A stretch of 63,030 nt of DNA, counting the filler, from Licmophora abbreviata (Eukaryota): the NCBI GenBank assembly GCA_900291995.1. It is 11 parts of 11 records of this genome, joined end to end, with 100 filler letters (N's around TTAATTAATTAA, not from the genome) between each part and the next. Parts side by side here need not be neighbours in the genome. Positions count along the whole stretch, not along the records: positions 10,018 to 14,253 come from OLMU01004868.1; positions 14,354 to 18,623 come from OLMU01004869.1; positions 18,724 to 20,929 come from OLMU01004870.1; positions 21,030 to 31,329 come from OLMU01004872.1; 7 more parts are not named here. One strand, given 5' to 3'. Below are positions 10,803 through 23,536 of the stretch, one piece after another. A program made the position numbers and the translations under genes. Position 1 is the first letter of the stretch. The number at the start of each line of letters is the position of its first letter. Under the pieces are notes generated by a model, which was not told the DNA's origin, made no database searches, and saw nothing but the letters and a program-made list of their open reading frames with translations.

Positions 10803-10864
10803 GGAGTGTGTGAATGACGGAATGAAGGAGGTCGGTTGCGACATCAGTTTCCCGAAAACACTCT
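10803..10864 (+). promoter_or_regulatory. putative SECIS element (3' UTR stem-loop)
   Basis: Helix I GAGTGT(10804-09)/ACACTC(10858-63). Core ATGAC(10814-18)/CGAA(10853-56). Helix II GGAA/TTCC plus TGA/TCA. Apical mini-stem GTCG-GTTG-CGAC. Confidence 0.72.
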
Positions 10865-11587
10865 CTTTTCTACATAGGCGCGACCCCGTACCGGTACCAA
10901 CGGCTACAGTGCATGCGATCTTAAATAAGATAGATCGTCCTTTTGCTCGAGTATACGTCCATGATCACGGTGATAATTGTTGGAAGACTGGAGACCAGCC
11001 ATAATCGAGATGTATTGCTAGAATGCCCTTTCCACCCTGCCTATACCACAGCGAGGTTCCCTTAGCTCTTGGGCACCTACCGGTAGGGATATCTTGGCCC
11101 ACAACAGCGGAGATAGAAATCCTCTCTACTCTAGAGAGAGCTAAAGCCTTTCTGTAGTCTTTCTCGACTGAAAGTTTCCCTCGCTAGCTAGAGAGTGGCA
11201 TCGTGGAGGCTCCTGTAGTCTATGAACAAAAAGTGAACAAACATTGCTTTTGCTAGCCGCTAAAAGGAGGCTCTTATGATATCGTTGTGGTCAATCGCGG
11301 TCGCGGGACAGACAACATTGTCTGGCCATCTGACCTCAAATTGACCTCACATTTTTTTCGTGGTCCAGAGCGAAGGCGCAATACACGACACATACGTATT
11401 TTACTGTGATTGATGGCATCGCTCTCTCGTGGCGTGTGATCTTTTCGGTGGTCACTTCCTCTGTATTGAGGATGCAAAGGGCCTGGATCACTCAGAGTTA
11501 AACTTTCTGCTTGGTATGAACCATTGGAGAAGCCAAAACTCCTGGTTGAAAAGGACACTGCTTTTCTACATCTATTCTACGGCCGTG

Positions 11588-12899
11588 ATGGCATCGGGTG
11601 TTGCATCGTCCAGAATCGCACCGGCTTTTCTACAGCTGAATAAGAGACTGTCAAGTGGAATGCTTTCTCGAGTTATGTTGTCTAAGAGATCGTCAGTGGG
11701 ACGAATCTTCTTCTCCTCCTCCTCGGCCCCGTCGTCTGCTAAGAGCTCGGATCGGTCCCTCACCTCTCCTACGTCGATGGCCGACACTGCTCTCGGAAAC
11801 AGCGACGCTGGGAAGGCCCTGTTGGATGGTCTGGATGTATACACGGTTCCCGCAAAAGGGGACAGCCACCCGCTGTCGGTCTTTGGAATCGATAGCGTAG
11901 ATCCTCAACGAGCGGATGCCTCGGGAGAAGTACCCAATACGGTGCGGCCTATTCTGCTCTTGCATGGCCGAACCTGGTCTTCAGTGCCCGTTTTTCATCT
12001 TCTGGGAGGAAATAATGCAGATGAAGAACACGAGAGTCGTAGTCTCATGGAAGCTCTTAAGAAACGAGGGCTTCAGCCTTACTGCATGGACTTTCGTGGC
12101 TTCGGCGGAACGCCCATGGACACGTCTGGGAGCGTCGAACCGCGCCGATGCGTATTGGATGCTGAAACTGTGCTGGAATGGATCACGGAACGACACTCCA
12201 TGCAGCCCCATGCCCACACGGAAAACGGATTGCAGTCAGGAGAACTCCCCGCCCTGTTGGGTTGGTCCCAGGGTGCCATGGTGGCCCAGCTTGCGGCCCA
12301 AAAGATGTCGCCACACTTTTCAAAGCTTATTCTCTATGGATCCATTTATGATCCTCTCGTGCGGTATCCTCGCTCGCCCCTCTACTCGACCACACGACCC
12401 AATGTCACGCAAGCAGGAATTCAAAATGATATGGACTCGGCCATGGAAGATTTTACGCTGGAGGGCAGCATCCCTCCGGAACCGGCCCACTTTTTCGCTC
12501 AAGCGGCGCTTATTGCGGACCCCGTCAAGGCGGTCTGGTCGCACCAATACCAATTCAACAACTGTGATCCGGGACGAATTCACGTTCCGACGCTGGTGGT
12601 AAGTAACGAGAGAGCAGTTGGTACGACGACACTGTAGTTTTACTGTACCCCAACTGACTCATTCGTTTTCATGTCATCCTTACTTGCAGGTCGCGGGAGA
12701 CCAAGATCCGTACGCACCGTTGCATGTACAACAAGATCTGTTCTCGAACTTGGGGAGGGCATCCGATCGCACGTGGAGTATACTTGCCGATGCTGATCAC
12801 GCAGTACATCTTCTGGATGGGAGGTCTCGGTTTGCGAACATTGTTACTAGTTTTGTGCAGAACGGCAAGCGAAGCGAAAATGCACAACACTTTTACTAA
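11588..12899 (+). CDS. alpha/beta-fold hydrolase with putative mitochondrial presequence, 2 exons
   Basis: Exons 11588-12598 and 12690-12899. LLLHG, DFRGFGGT, nucleophile elbow GWSQG, AGDQDP and ADHAVH give a Ser-Asp-His triad. Ser/Arg-rich N-terminus. Confidence 0.88.
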
Positions 12900-12933
12900 A
12901 CGTAGCATAACCGAAGTGTGTAGCAATTGACGT

Positions 12934-14964
12934 CTAAATGTTTTTGCTTAAGCTCATGAACCTAGAGGACTTTTGGATCTCCTGAACAATCTCGCTGTTG
13001 GAGCCCTTCTCTTTGTACGACACAACAGTGGGCACTGAGAATTCCCGTAAAGCATCCTTGACCGACATGACACCCATGGCCGAGCTACGTCGACCGGAAA
13101 AGGGAAGAGTGTCGGGAGACCGCCCACACTGCGCATTGATGTTGATCTTGCCAAACACGGACGAGAACTTGTCTAAGAGATCGGCCGCCGTTTCCGCTTG
13201 TCCTTGAGCAGTAAAGATGGAGACCTGTTGAGCGTACTCGCCTTCGCGGCCAAAATCGAGAATCGTATTTATGTCGTCGTAAGGAGCGACAGGAACGAGA
13301 GGACCAAACTGCTCCTCGTGATAGAGGTCCATATCGCTCTTCACCGGGTACAGTACCGCTGGAACCATCAGGGTCGAGTCAGGTCCACCAATTACGGTTC
13401 CGCCGTCCTTGTTGAGTATCATGGCGCCCTTTGCGACCGCATCGTTAATCAAACGCTTCATGTAGCTGATACGCTTTTGATTGGGCAATGGAGTGATTTT
13501 GGAGTACGCCCCATCCTCCCAGGTCTTCCAGGGGAGCCCAACGGTCAGATCGTCGACACGAGCAGCAATCTTCTGAGCGAACCCTTCAGCGTTCGTTGAT
13601 GGAACAAACAAAAGTTTGAGAGCCGTACAACGCTGACCATTGAAACTGAGCGCACCAAGAATCGCTTCGTCCAGTGACGATTCGAGCAGTGCTTCGTTTT
13701 CAGATTCAAAGACATCCGACAAGAAGATCTGACAGGCAGCGCAAAAAAAAGAGGAAAACAACGTTAGCTTGGGTACCACAGGTGCCGGGTAGGCCATCGA
13801 TCTTTCGAACTATACTACTTACACCCATGTTGTTCGCTTCCAGTTGCAAGAAAACCTTGAGCCGGTGGGGATGCGGATGCTGTTTGATCAAGTCATCGGC
13901 CGCATCTGACCCTCCAATGAAGGCCAGTCCATCAATCGACCCCGAGGCCATGAGCGGCGGCACAGTAACGCGACCGCGGCCAGACACAAAGCTGATAGCT
14001 CCCGGGGGAAGTGCCTTGGCAAATGCTTCCATTGTGAGCAAATGTGCAAGTCCCCCGACCGTCGGAATCTTCAAAACAACGACATTCCCCATGAGTAGAG
14101 CCGGAATGATGGTTGCGTACGTTTCGTTGAGGCTACGGCGGTTGGAAAAAATGATGGGTAGGACGGTTAGAATCACGCGGGAAACCTCTGTCGAGCTCAT
14201 TTCAACAGACTGGTACTCACGGATAGTTGTAGGGTCCAAGTGCTAGAATGATGNNNNNNNNNNNNNNNNNNNNNNNNNNNNNNNNNNNNNNNNNNNNTTA
14301 ATTAATTAANNNNNNNNNNNNNNNNNNNNNNNNNNNNNNNNNNNNNNNNNNNNATGATGCCGATGGCGGCTCTCCTTACAAAAGCCCTAGTCGCCCCCAA
14401 CGTTTGCCACGAGGCACCCAGAAACTCCTCGTCCGTTTGTATGATCTCCATAACTTGCTTTGCAAACTGAATCGTCCGATCGAATTCACTCTCGGCGTCC
14501 TTGCGGTTCTTGCCGATTTCCCACATGAGAACCTCCACAATGATCTCACGCTGCGATGCGAGTTCCGCAAAGAAGGTAGAGATCGCCTTGACACGTTCCT
14601 GCAGCGACATTTGTGGCCATGTACCACTCCCACCCCTCCAAGCACTCTTGGCGTGCTCCAAGATTTCGAGCGTCTGTTCCTGACTCATCTGCGGCATGCG
14701 ACCGATGAGCTGTGGTACAAGGCGACCTTCCATTGCATCCGGGGCATCCGTCGCTTGGCACGTTTCCATGGCACAGCAGCCAAAGACGTCTTCGAGCGGC
14801 TTGTCATTCGTATCGTCGTCGTGAGGGACGACTTGGCCGTTGCGCAGTGTGCGAGGGGCCACGAGAGGCGCGGCGAATGTGTCCGAGGCGCAGGACGTCG
14901 AATCCTGAGCAGACGACAGCGCTGCAGTCGATAGCAAGAACGTCAGTCCCAATGGAAGTCTCAT
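12934..14964 (-). CDS. aldehyde dehydrogenase, non-phosphorylating NADP-GAPDH (GAPN)-like, with N-terminal signal peptide
   Basis: Exons 14964-14221 (across spacer), 14132-13823 and 13728-12934. Motifs GPYNYPLNETY, LSFNGQRCTA (catalytic Cys), EEQFGP, NINAQCGRSPDTLPFSGRRSS. Confidence 0.88.
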
Positions 14965-15380
14965 CGTATTCAAACTTTTAAACGCAAACTGTGGTGACCT
15001 GTGACGAGGCGGCGATGCGGCGCTTTGATGAATGGTGCCGTCTTTCCACCGATGTTATGGGAGGCTCGGTGGGTGCGGTCATCATCAAAACCCGCGTCGT
15101 CGTCGGCGACGGCGGCGGTGTCATGGTGAGGCGAAAGCACTAATATACCGGAGCGAGAGCTCGTCGTTTTTGAAGCTCTGTTCGCGCCATGGTGCCGATA
15201 TTCAATATGCCACGACTATCTTTGTACGATACCTCTCTCCCACGTTGAACGTACCAGAGTTGCTACAATGCTACTACGTGGAAGTACTACAACGGCAACA
15301 TCTTACGCTCCTGCTATGTCGTTTAACGAAGCGACTGCTTTGTTCATACTGCATGGAGTTATCTTATGGTCAACACTACG

Positions 15381-18300
15381 TCAATACCAATCCTCTTGTG
15401 CTCTTTGCCATGCATTCAGGCGTCGGGTCGTCCGAGGCTTTGCGGCCTGTTGCAAGGTTACAGTAGAGGAACTTCGTCGTGACGGTTGGGAAATTTTGTT
15501 ACGGTCCATGTAGGCATGGCAATTTCGACAGAGCAGATCCAATGCCAAGGCAAGAATACCGGTGGTCTTGGAGGCTGAAAGAGGAAGGAGGAGGCGGCGT
15601 GTGTGAGTGAGTATATGACGAGTCATGAATCAACACATTAGCACGAGTCGCCAGCGTCGTTCTTATACGCACATGTAACAATCTCTTGCCACACGGCGCG
15701 ACTTTCTCGAGAATTCCAGAGACCTTCGGCCGTACTCTCGATTGATTCCAGTTCAGTTTCAAACAGAGACTTTTCGTCGCGCAAGATGTTCTTGGCATCT
15801 GGCGGAGGCTGTGACCCATCGTTGGGCGTTCCACGAGTCAGCGCAAAGACTGCTTGCTCCATTGTGATCAAACCGTTGCGTACTGTTGTGAAATCGTAAC
15901 AATAATCCTTCATGGACGTGATCCACGCGTTTCGAGCGCCACTTTTACCGCCCCAATTGTTGTCGTACGTGTGATTCTTGAGATCAAAGTAGAGCTCCTG
16001 TTCTCGTTTCACCAGGAGTCGCGCCAAGAACATTGGACTTGATGACAATGGGGCATCAGAGGCTTTCCCACAGTGTCGACCAAGGGAATTGCGAAATGCA
16101 AGATAGGCGGCGTCGTGTTCGGTATATCCTTTGTCGTTGTTCTTCCAAAGGATGTACCGACACAGACTATCCAAAAGCTCGTCTCCGGAGAGCCAGATCT
16201 CTCCATCGCGCTCGTAGCGGGCTCTCCAGGTTGGCACCAAAGTAGACATTGGCGTGTCGCCGTCGTCGTCTGCTTCTACCGCGACGAACTTCCATGCATC
16301 AATCGTTCCAAGCTTGTAGTGGGCGACGGATCGATCTCTCGTTTCCTCGACAATTTCTCGAACTCGTACCGGCTGACCAATTGCCGAGACTATACCCGTG
16401 AGGAGATTCTGAGAAACGACTGAGCTTACCTCTTCGGACTTGACTGACTGCTTGGTGGTACGGAGCGCATCCTCGTCGCCCCGGTTCTTCACTGTCTCAG
16501 CGTCGCCCGCAGCGCCAGTCTCCTCGGCAGCCATTGGTTTGCTGACATTGCCATTGGTAGAAGATTTCGTCTCGTCCACGTGCTCTGAAGAGAACCCACC
16601 TTCTTCAAGTGTCTCCTTCAAGCTCGTTTTAAGTTCGAGTTCTCGAGTGCCCCTTCCATCCAGGTTTTTCATCAACGAACGAAGTGACTTTTCTGTAGAA
16701 TGGCAGCCCCAGTAGCGCTTGGCTAGCAACGGTTGAACTCCTTCCTTGTCAAACTCCTGTCTGCTGAACACGATAAACTTGTTTTTTTCTTCCTCTGACA
16801 TTTCTGCTGAAATGAAATCCTCTTCTTTCTCTGCGGCCCCGACGCCAATCGCTGACGCAGAAGTCACAAGATTCACGTAGTTAGGTGGAACATGAGGGTC
16901 GTCGCCCACTTCGTCGTCGCCCCTCACAATAAAATCTGCTTCAGCCCAAACGCGGCCGTCTTCGTCGTTTCCAAAATGCCAAAACCGATCCCGGAAGCGA
17001 TCAGATCCGATGGGCTCTGTGCGAATGAAACACTTGTTCCTCTTCTGGACAAGGTCCTTCTGTGCGTCGATGATGCGCTTCTGGCGCTCCGCTGCCTTGA
17101 GCTCCAGAACAGCATCGCGCAAGATATCCAAGACCCATAAGCCACCTGTTTCCTCGTCTTCACCTTGTAAGTTGGCCTGCTTCGCAAGTCGCACGGCCGC
17201 CCGTAGCGCTTTGATCGTGCCATCGTGGATGGCATCGCCTAGTGAATTGACAGCATCCTGGCGTTCCGAGGGGAGGTAGGCTGCGTCGTGTCTCATATTC
17301 TCTATGTTGCGCCGAAGGCGTTCGATCTGCTTTGAAGTATCTCTGTCCATCGAAAAGGTGTCGAGAGCACCGAAGGACGCCAGTTCCTCTTCCATATCCT
17401 TTAATTCGAGGTTTTCGCTTTCGACAATCTCGTCCATTGTCATTACAGTCAGTGCATCGGTATTGAATGCGTTTTCCTCCTGGACTCGTACAACCATCTT
17501 GTTCACTTCTGCTTTGTTGAAGCTTCCTGAGTCCAGAAGAGAGTCGTATTCGGCCTTCGTTTCTTCGTCAAACTCGATGATATCTTCGTCTGTGAGCCCC
17601 TCGATAAATTCTGCTGAGTACTCACCACTCTCCTCGTTCTGTGACTCTATTTGATCGCGCTTATCTTCCAGGAACTTGTTCCTCGCCTCTGCGGCGAGTT
17701 TGTCGCGAGCAAGAGCCTCAGCTGCGGCAGTTTCCTCTTTGGCTTCTCGTCTGGCCCGACGCTTTTCCATTTCGAGCGCCTTCACAGCTCCAATTCTCGA
17801 CTTGAAATTGTCGTCGACAACCTCATAAACTCGGTTCGAGTCATAGGCCGCTTCGATGAGGAGACGAAGTACGCACAAGCGCTCTTGGGCGGATAGCTCG
17901 AGGTAGGAGCCACCGGCGCTTAGGTGTCGAGCAGCCCTCTCTGACGGATCATCTTCGGATGCGGCACATTCCGAGAAGACTCGAGAAGAAACAGTTGCCT
18001 CCCGCTGTCGTCGTTCGCCGATCGTCAGAGGAGGAAGCTCGCGTCGTACTCGGAGGCTATCGTCGACTTCGTTCCGCAGACGTTTGTATCGATGTAGTAT
18101 GCGCCACGCAGTCGCCCCTGCCAGATGTGGCCAAGAAAACGAGCTGACTATATCTGATGCTGCCAATGGTTTCGCAGGCGGCAGAAGCAGGTCCACAAGG
18201 GTTGGTGGTGGTCTAAGAGGAAGCGTCGACATTGCAGGTTGACTAGATTCGTCCACTGCGTCTCCGATAGGCGTTTGGGCTTGAACAGTTGGTTGTCCGT

Positions 18301-20492
18301 TCTCGATCGGTTCGTCTTCGTCCTCTGAATCATCGAAGTCAGAATCATCGTCAGATACACCTTCAACATCGTCGTCTTCCACTGCAATGCATTTCTCCGA
18401 GTCGCCCATTTTTTCCATGTAAGCCAGCGACTCTTCCACTACTCTTGCTCTGCTCGTTTGGAGCTGATCCAATTTAACCGCCTGATCGAACAGGTCCGGT
18501 CGGGCTTCCTGCATGCGGTCGACAAGCCATATGACGGCGCGCTTTGCGAAGTCAGCTGACTGGCGATTCCAGTTTTCCAGCGTCTTTTTCAGATATGCCT
18601 TTACCCATTTGTTTGTGACAAGCNNNNNNNNNNNNNNNNNNNNNNNNNNNNNNNNNNNNNNNNNNNNTTAATTAATTAANNNNNNNNNNNNNNNNNNNNN
18701 NNNNNNNNNNNNNNNNNNNNNNNAATCGGTTTCGTCGCCGTGGCTTTTTGGCTTCGTACTCCCTCGAGCACATGTATCCAGCTGGATGTAATGAGTGGGT
18801 CCTCTGAATCTGCCAGTAGCGCCGCCATGTCGACCTTGATCAAAGGCCTTCTAGTATCTATAATATTGCCATCTGTAGCCAGATCATCGTCGACACCAGA
18901 ATGGATTTCGTCGGTCTCAAGTATACAGTACCACCACTCGTCGCTGGACTGATCATTGAGCAAGAGCTTCAGAAGACCAAGATGTGCCTCTGCTACGTAC
19001 ACAGGAGGCGCCGATCCCAAGGGATATGTGCCGTCGGCATCTACTTCTGATGGCGGGGGCTGGTAGGTAAGTGCTGCAGCAAAATCGTCGAGGCTGATCG
19101 GGCTCAAACTGAGAGCACGGGAAAAGGTACAGAGAAAGTCCCATGACATGATGAGATCCGGAAGACACCCCGATGGCACGTTTGGAAAACCATCAATATC
19201 CGGAACTCGTGCGGCTGGACACATTGTTGGAGTGATTGCCAGTTCGTTCTGTTCTTCCAACATGATGATATCGTCTTCGATGGGGTACCGACTCTCCTTC
19301 TTGTTTGTCTCAAAATCGTCCAGGGCCTTGATTGCTCTTTGACGTGCTTTCATCATCCTCTCAAGCTCACGCCGTGCCTTGCGTTTTTCGTTTTCCAGTT
19401 GGCGAGTATTCGATGGCTTTGCTTTGTTAGATGTCTTTACCTTGCTAGTGGTCGCGGAAGCCTTCTTCTTGGAAGGCATCTTGCTATCCGCCGCCAGACT
19501 GAAGTGCCGACCGACATCAAGCATAGAACGAAATCGCTTTCCATCTGCGCCTACAAAGTTCAGATCAAACCGTCCATCGGATCGTGGCATAATCTTGGGC
19601 TTGAAGCCTTCTATCAGATCGAGAGACCCTGGAATGAACACGACGAGACGAGACACCTTCATGTGAGCTACAACACATAAAACCGCCATTAAGTCTAAGT
19701 GCACACGATAGTCGCACCTCCAAGTTCTTTGATATGACCTTCTAGCGAAAGCATAGCATTCGCTTCTCTTTCCTTCATAGTCATGTTCTCTCCTGTGCTT
19801 TTTTGCTTCTTCTCGGTGGCGTTATTCCTTTTCTTTTTCGCAGGAGCACTATCACCTCCTTCGCTCGATTTACGCTTTTTCTTGCCTGATGGATTGTTCC
19901 CTTCGTCGCCGGGTGGTGCTGCCTTCGACGCAATCGGTCCAAGATCCGCGTGAACGTGCGCTAGCAGCTCAACTACGTTGTCTAGATGTGACTTGGCACG
20001 CGTCGCATGCTTTGACTTTCTGTTATGGAGGAATGGCAACACGCACGATGAGTCAGGAGACGCACCAATAAAATCAGGAACGATGATCACTGGAGAGTTG
20101 ATATCCCATGGTAGCGGAGAAACCACCGTTTTGTCGGCAGCGCCAGTATTCCGCACCGTGCCTGAAAATGTGAGCATCTGCAGGTCACCCATCAGCTAGT
20201 ACAAATTCGTAACTTACCGTGCTATATGGCCATTGTACACTCCTCCTATGTCCTTCGCAAAGTCATCCCATCCATGACGCCCCAGTCGATAGGATCCTTG
20301 ATCAATCTTTTGTCCAATGGACGCCAGATCGTAGCACACGGCAGCGTCGCTGGTGGCTCGAGCCGATTCTTGAAAATGGTGAGCATGAGGCATGTTCCAA
20401 GCTTTCGTGACAATCTTGGACATTTTGCGCTTTTGCTTCTTGATTTTCCCCTCTCGCACTTGATCCTGCGATGCAGGAGGGGCATCTGCCAT
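15381..20492 (-). CDS. DDT/WHIM chromatin-remodelling factor (BAZ/ACF1-like) with MBD-like and degenerate bromodomain-like regions, multi-exon, spans a spacer
   Basis: Bromo-like YDLASIGQKIDQGSY..DDFAKDI; MBD-like DGKRFRSMLDVGRHF; DDT SWDFLCTFSRALSLSPISLDDF..AHLGLLKLL; WHIM1 YLELSAQERLCVLRLL; WHIM2/3 RTEPIGSDRFRDRFW and LDGRGTRELELK. Last exon 15574-15381. Confidence 0.85.
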
Positions 20493-21603
20493 GATCCGAG
20501 TATGCTAGTTTCGTTGATGAAGGATACGACAGAGTGGGTGGGAAACACCAGGCGGCCTACGTGTTGTCGAAGCAAAATTGTGAACGCAATTGATTTTGGA
20601 ACTGAGTTTTCACGTAGAGGTGGTACCAGAGTCTACACAAGATCCATTGGTGGCAGCAAGAGGGTTCATTTTAAAGCTTACAAAACCTACGCTAACAAGG
20701 CTCCTTCAACCGGCTCTCAGCCTTGCAGCTCAATCCTCGTAGACGACAATCAGAAGGAATCGACGCATTCCAACAGTCTCGGGTCTCGCCACTCGCATCG
20801 GGAGGTGCAGTTGGCGTACCGTAGGGCTTGCGGACAGATACCTCGCTCATATCGCTTTGCTCATGATGACCAGGAATGGTTGATTGTCAAAAGTTCAGGC
20901 AAAAAGCTCGGCGTCATTCTCCAACGAGGNNNNNNNNNNNNNNNNNNNNNNNNNNNNNNNNNNNNNNNNNNNNTTAATTAATTAANNNNNNNNNNNNNNN
21001 NNNNNNNNNNNNNNNNNNNNNNNNNNNNNGGGAGACGGCTAACAATGAGTTTGAACGTGTATTTCGTTGTACTCGTCCTTTACCAAAAGACCGAGTTTCA
21101 CTCGCCTCTCTCGTTCAGACTCTCCCTTGTATGTCAAGAGTACAACAGAACAACAACAAAGAAGACTTCGACAAGACGTCGCCGAGGAACGACACTACAT
21201 TTTTGCATCGCGTGGCTCGTAGTACGGTGTTTACGTGTCGACGATTCTGCGCCTCACGATGGATGGATTTGATTTGATTCGATGGATTCTTCTGGCATCA
21301 GTGAGTGGAGACTTTTTTTTCCATTTGAATGGGCGATGGCATTAGAGTAGAGCGTCCTAGAAAGGATCCCACATTCTATGGGAATATAGTTCGGCGGTGG
21401 GAGAGCCGCAGTATGTCCCAGAGATGGCACGACAACGAGCCGTGTCTTCTTGAGCGGCCATGGTGTGTGGGCGCTGCACAGTTCTTGTGGAGAGGCGTAC
21501 AAATACTACTGGGTGTCTACATACACAAACTTCAGTACATGATCTACAACGGCATTGTCTTTCGGGAAAGACCAAAAAAAAAGCCACGCTGAGTCGGCAC
21601 ACC

Positions 21604-23131
21604 ATGATATCCAACTTTTTCGTGCTCTCCCCGCGGGGAGACACCATCATTGCCAAACAGTATCGGAGTGATGCTCAGGGAGACGTCGGTGCTCATGAGC
21701 GAAGTCACACGGAAGCCTTCTTTCGCAAAATTAAATTCTGGGACGAGCAGAGTCTGACGGACGATCCAGCAGCCGGGCAGCAGCAGTCGCAGGAAGAAGA
21801 CGAGTCCGATCGTCGGAAGCGAGATGCTCCGCCGGTCTTTCGGATGCCCGATGGACTCAGCTACTTTCACGTCAAGCGAAACGGGCTCCTCTTTGGATGC
21901 TCCTCGGCACGCAACGTGAGCCCCACTTCTGTCATTGAGGTACGTTGGGAGCAACAATACCTTATTGCAAGACGACGTGATTCGCTATTCCAAACGCGTA
22001 CTTAACCTATCATACTCACACTGTCCCCTCGTCGCACATTAGCTACTTTCCACAGTTGCCAAAGTCTTCAAGGATTACTGCGGAACACTCTCAGAAGAAG
22101 CAATACGAAAGAACTTCATCCTGTTATACGAGCTACTCGATGAGATGCTAGACTACGGCTACCCGCAAGTGACTCAGACGGCCAGTCTGAAAGCCTTTGT
22201 GTACAATGAACCGATTGTCGTCGACGTTGTTGCCAACACGGCCCAAATGGTCAACCCAAAGACTGCGTCCGCGACGGCCGTACACAAGCCCGTCATCTCG
22301 TCTGTCAACGCGAATGGAAAGAAAACGAACCTGTCCAGCAACCAAAAGAACGAGATTTTTGTCGACATTCTTGAGCGTCTTAACATTTTGTTCTCTAGCA
22401 ATGGCTACATTCTCAACAGTACAATCGACGGCTGCATCCAGATGAAATCCTATCTTGCGGGAAATCCAGAGCTTCGACTGGCCCTCAACGAAGACTTGGT
22501 CGTTGGCAAGAACAATACCAGCCAGTACGGATCGGTCGTTGTGGACGATATCAACTTCAATGACTGCGTCAATCTCACCGAATTCGATTCGGCTCGAACT
22601 CTCTCCTTTGTCCCACCGGATGGCGAGTTCGTCGTTCTCAATTACCGCATGACGGGTGAATTCCGTACCCCCTTTCGCATCTTTCCCTCCATTGAGGAAG
22701 TCGAAGCCAAAAAGTTGGAGATTTCCATCTTGATTCGCGCCGAAATGGCCAACAACCACTTTGGCGCCAACGTGGCAGTGGAGCTGCCGTTGCCCCGATG
22801 TGTGTCATCGGCCTCTTGCAGTGTCATTGGTGCCACGGGACAGTCCAACGCCGAATTTGTCCAGCGGGACGGTAAGATTCTCTGGAATATCAAAAAGTTC
22901 CAGGGCGGTTCGGAGCAGACGATGCGTGCCAAGGTGACCTTGCAGCATTCCATTACGACCCAGATACGACGGGAGGTTGGACCCATCAATATGAACTTTG
23001 AGATACCCATGTACAATGTCTCCAACTTGCAAGTGCGCTATCTGCGAATCGCCGAAAACATGCCCGGGTATACGCCTTATCGCTGGGTCCGATACGTGAC
23101 GCAAAGTGATTCGTATGTTTGCCGGTTGTAA
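21604..23131 (+). CDS. AP4M1: AP-4 adaptor complex mu subunit, 2 exons
   Basis: Exons 21604-21939 and 22043-23131. MISNFFVLSPRGD start, NFILLYELLDEMLDYGYPQ, KNEIFVDILE, PPDGEFVVLNYR, C-terminal RWVRYVTQSDSYVCRL. Confidence 0.92.
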
Positions 23132-23536
23132 CAGTCATAATAATAGCAAAACATGACGTACTAAGGTAGTGACGGGATCAAGGTAGGTCTCTTACTAATG
23201 CTGAGTGAGCAGTTTGCGGATGTGATGAGTAGGCAATCATCTCATAAGCTGCGGAAATCGGATGTTTGGAAAAGGGTGAGGCACCATCGGATCTTCCTCA
23301 TGGGCTCCACGTGGAAGTGCTGCGACGCGGTGACATCTCATTGCAATCGCAACTGTCATCACGGATCGCGGATATCGCATCTCATCATTGCGATTTGGGT
23401 ATGCTATCGAGTCCGACTCACCGTATATTATTTTCCTTTCGATACGTCCATCTATCCTGGAGGCAGGGTGAATCATAGGGTCACTGTCTAGGAGAACTTT
23501 GAAGACTCCCACTTTTGAGCTTAGCAGAAATCGAGC

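Noticed and set aside
20226..21592. ORFs of 75-251 aa in the region between the BAZ-like gene and AP4M1
   Set aside because: No motifs, partly antisense to a real exon or ended by the spacer; cannot be supported.
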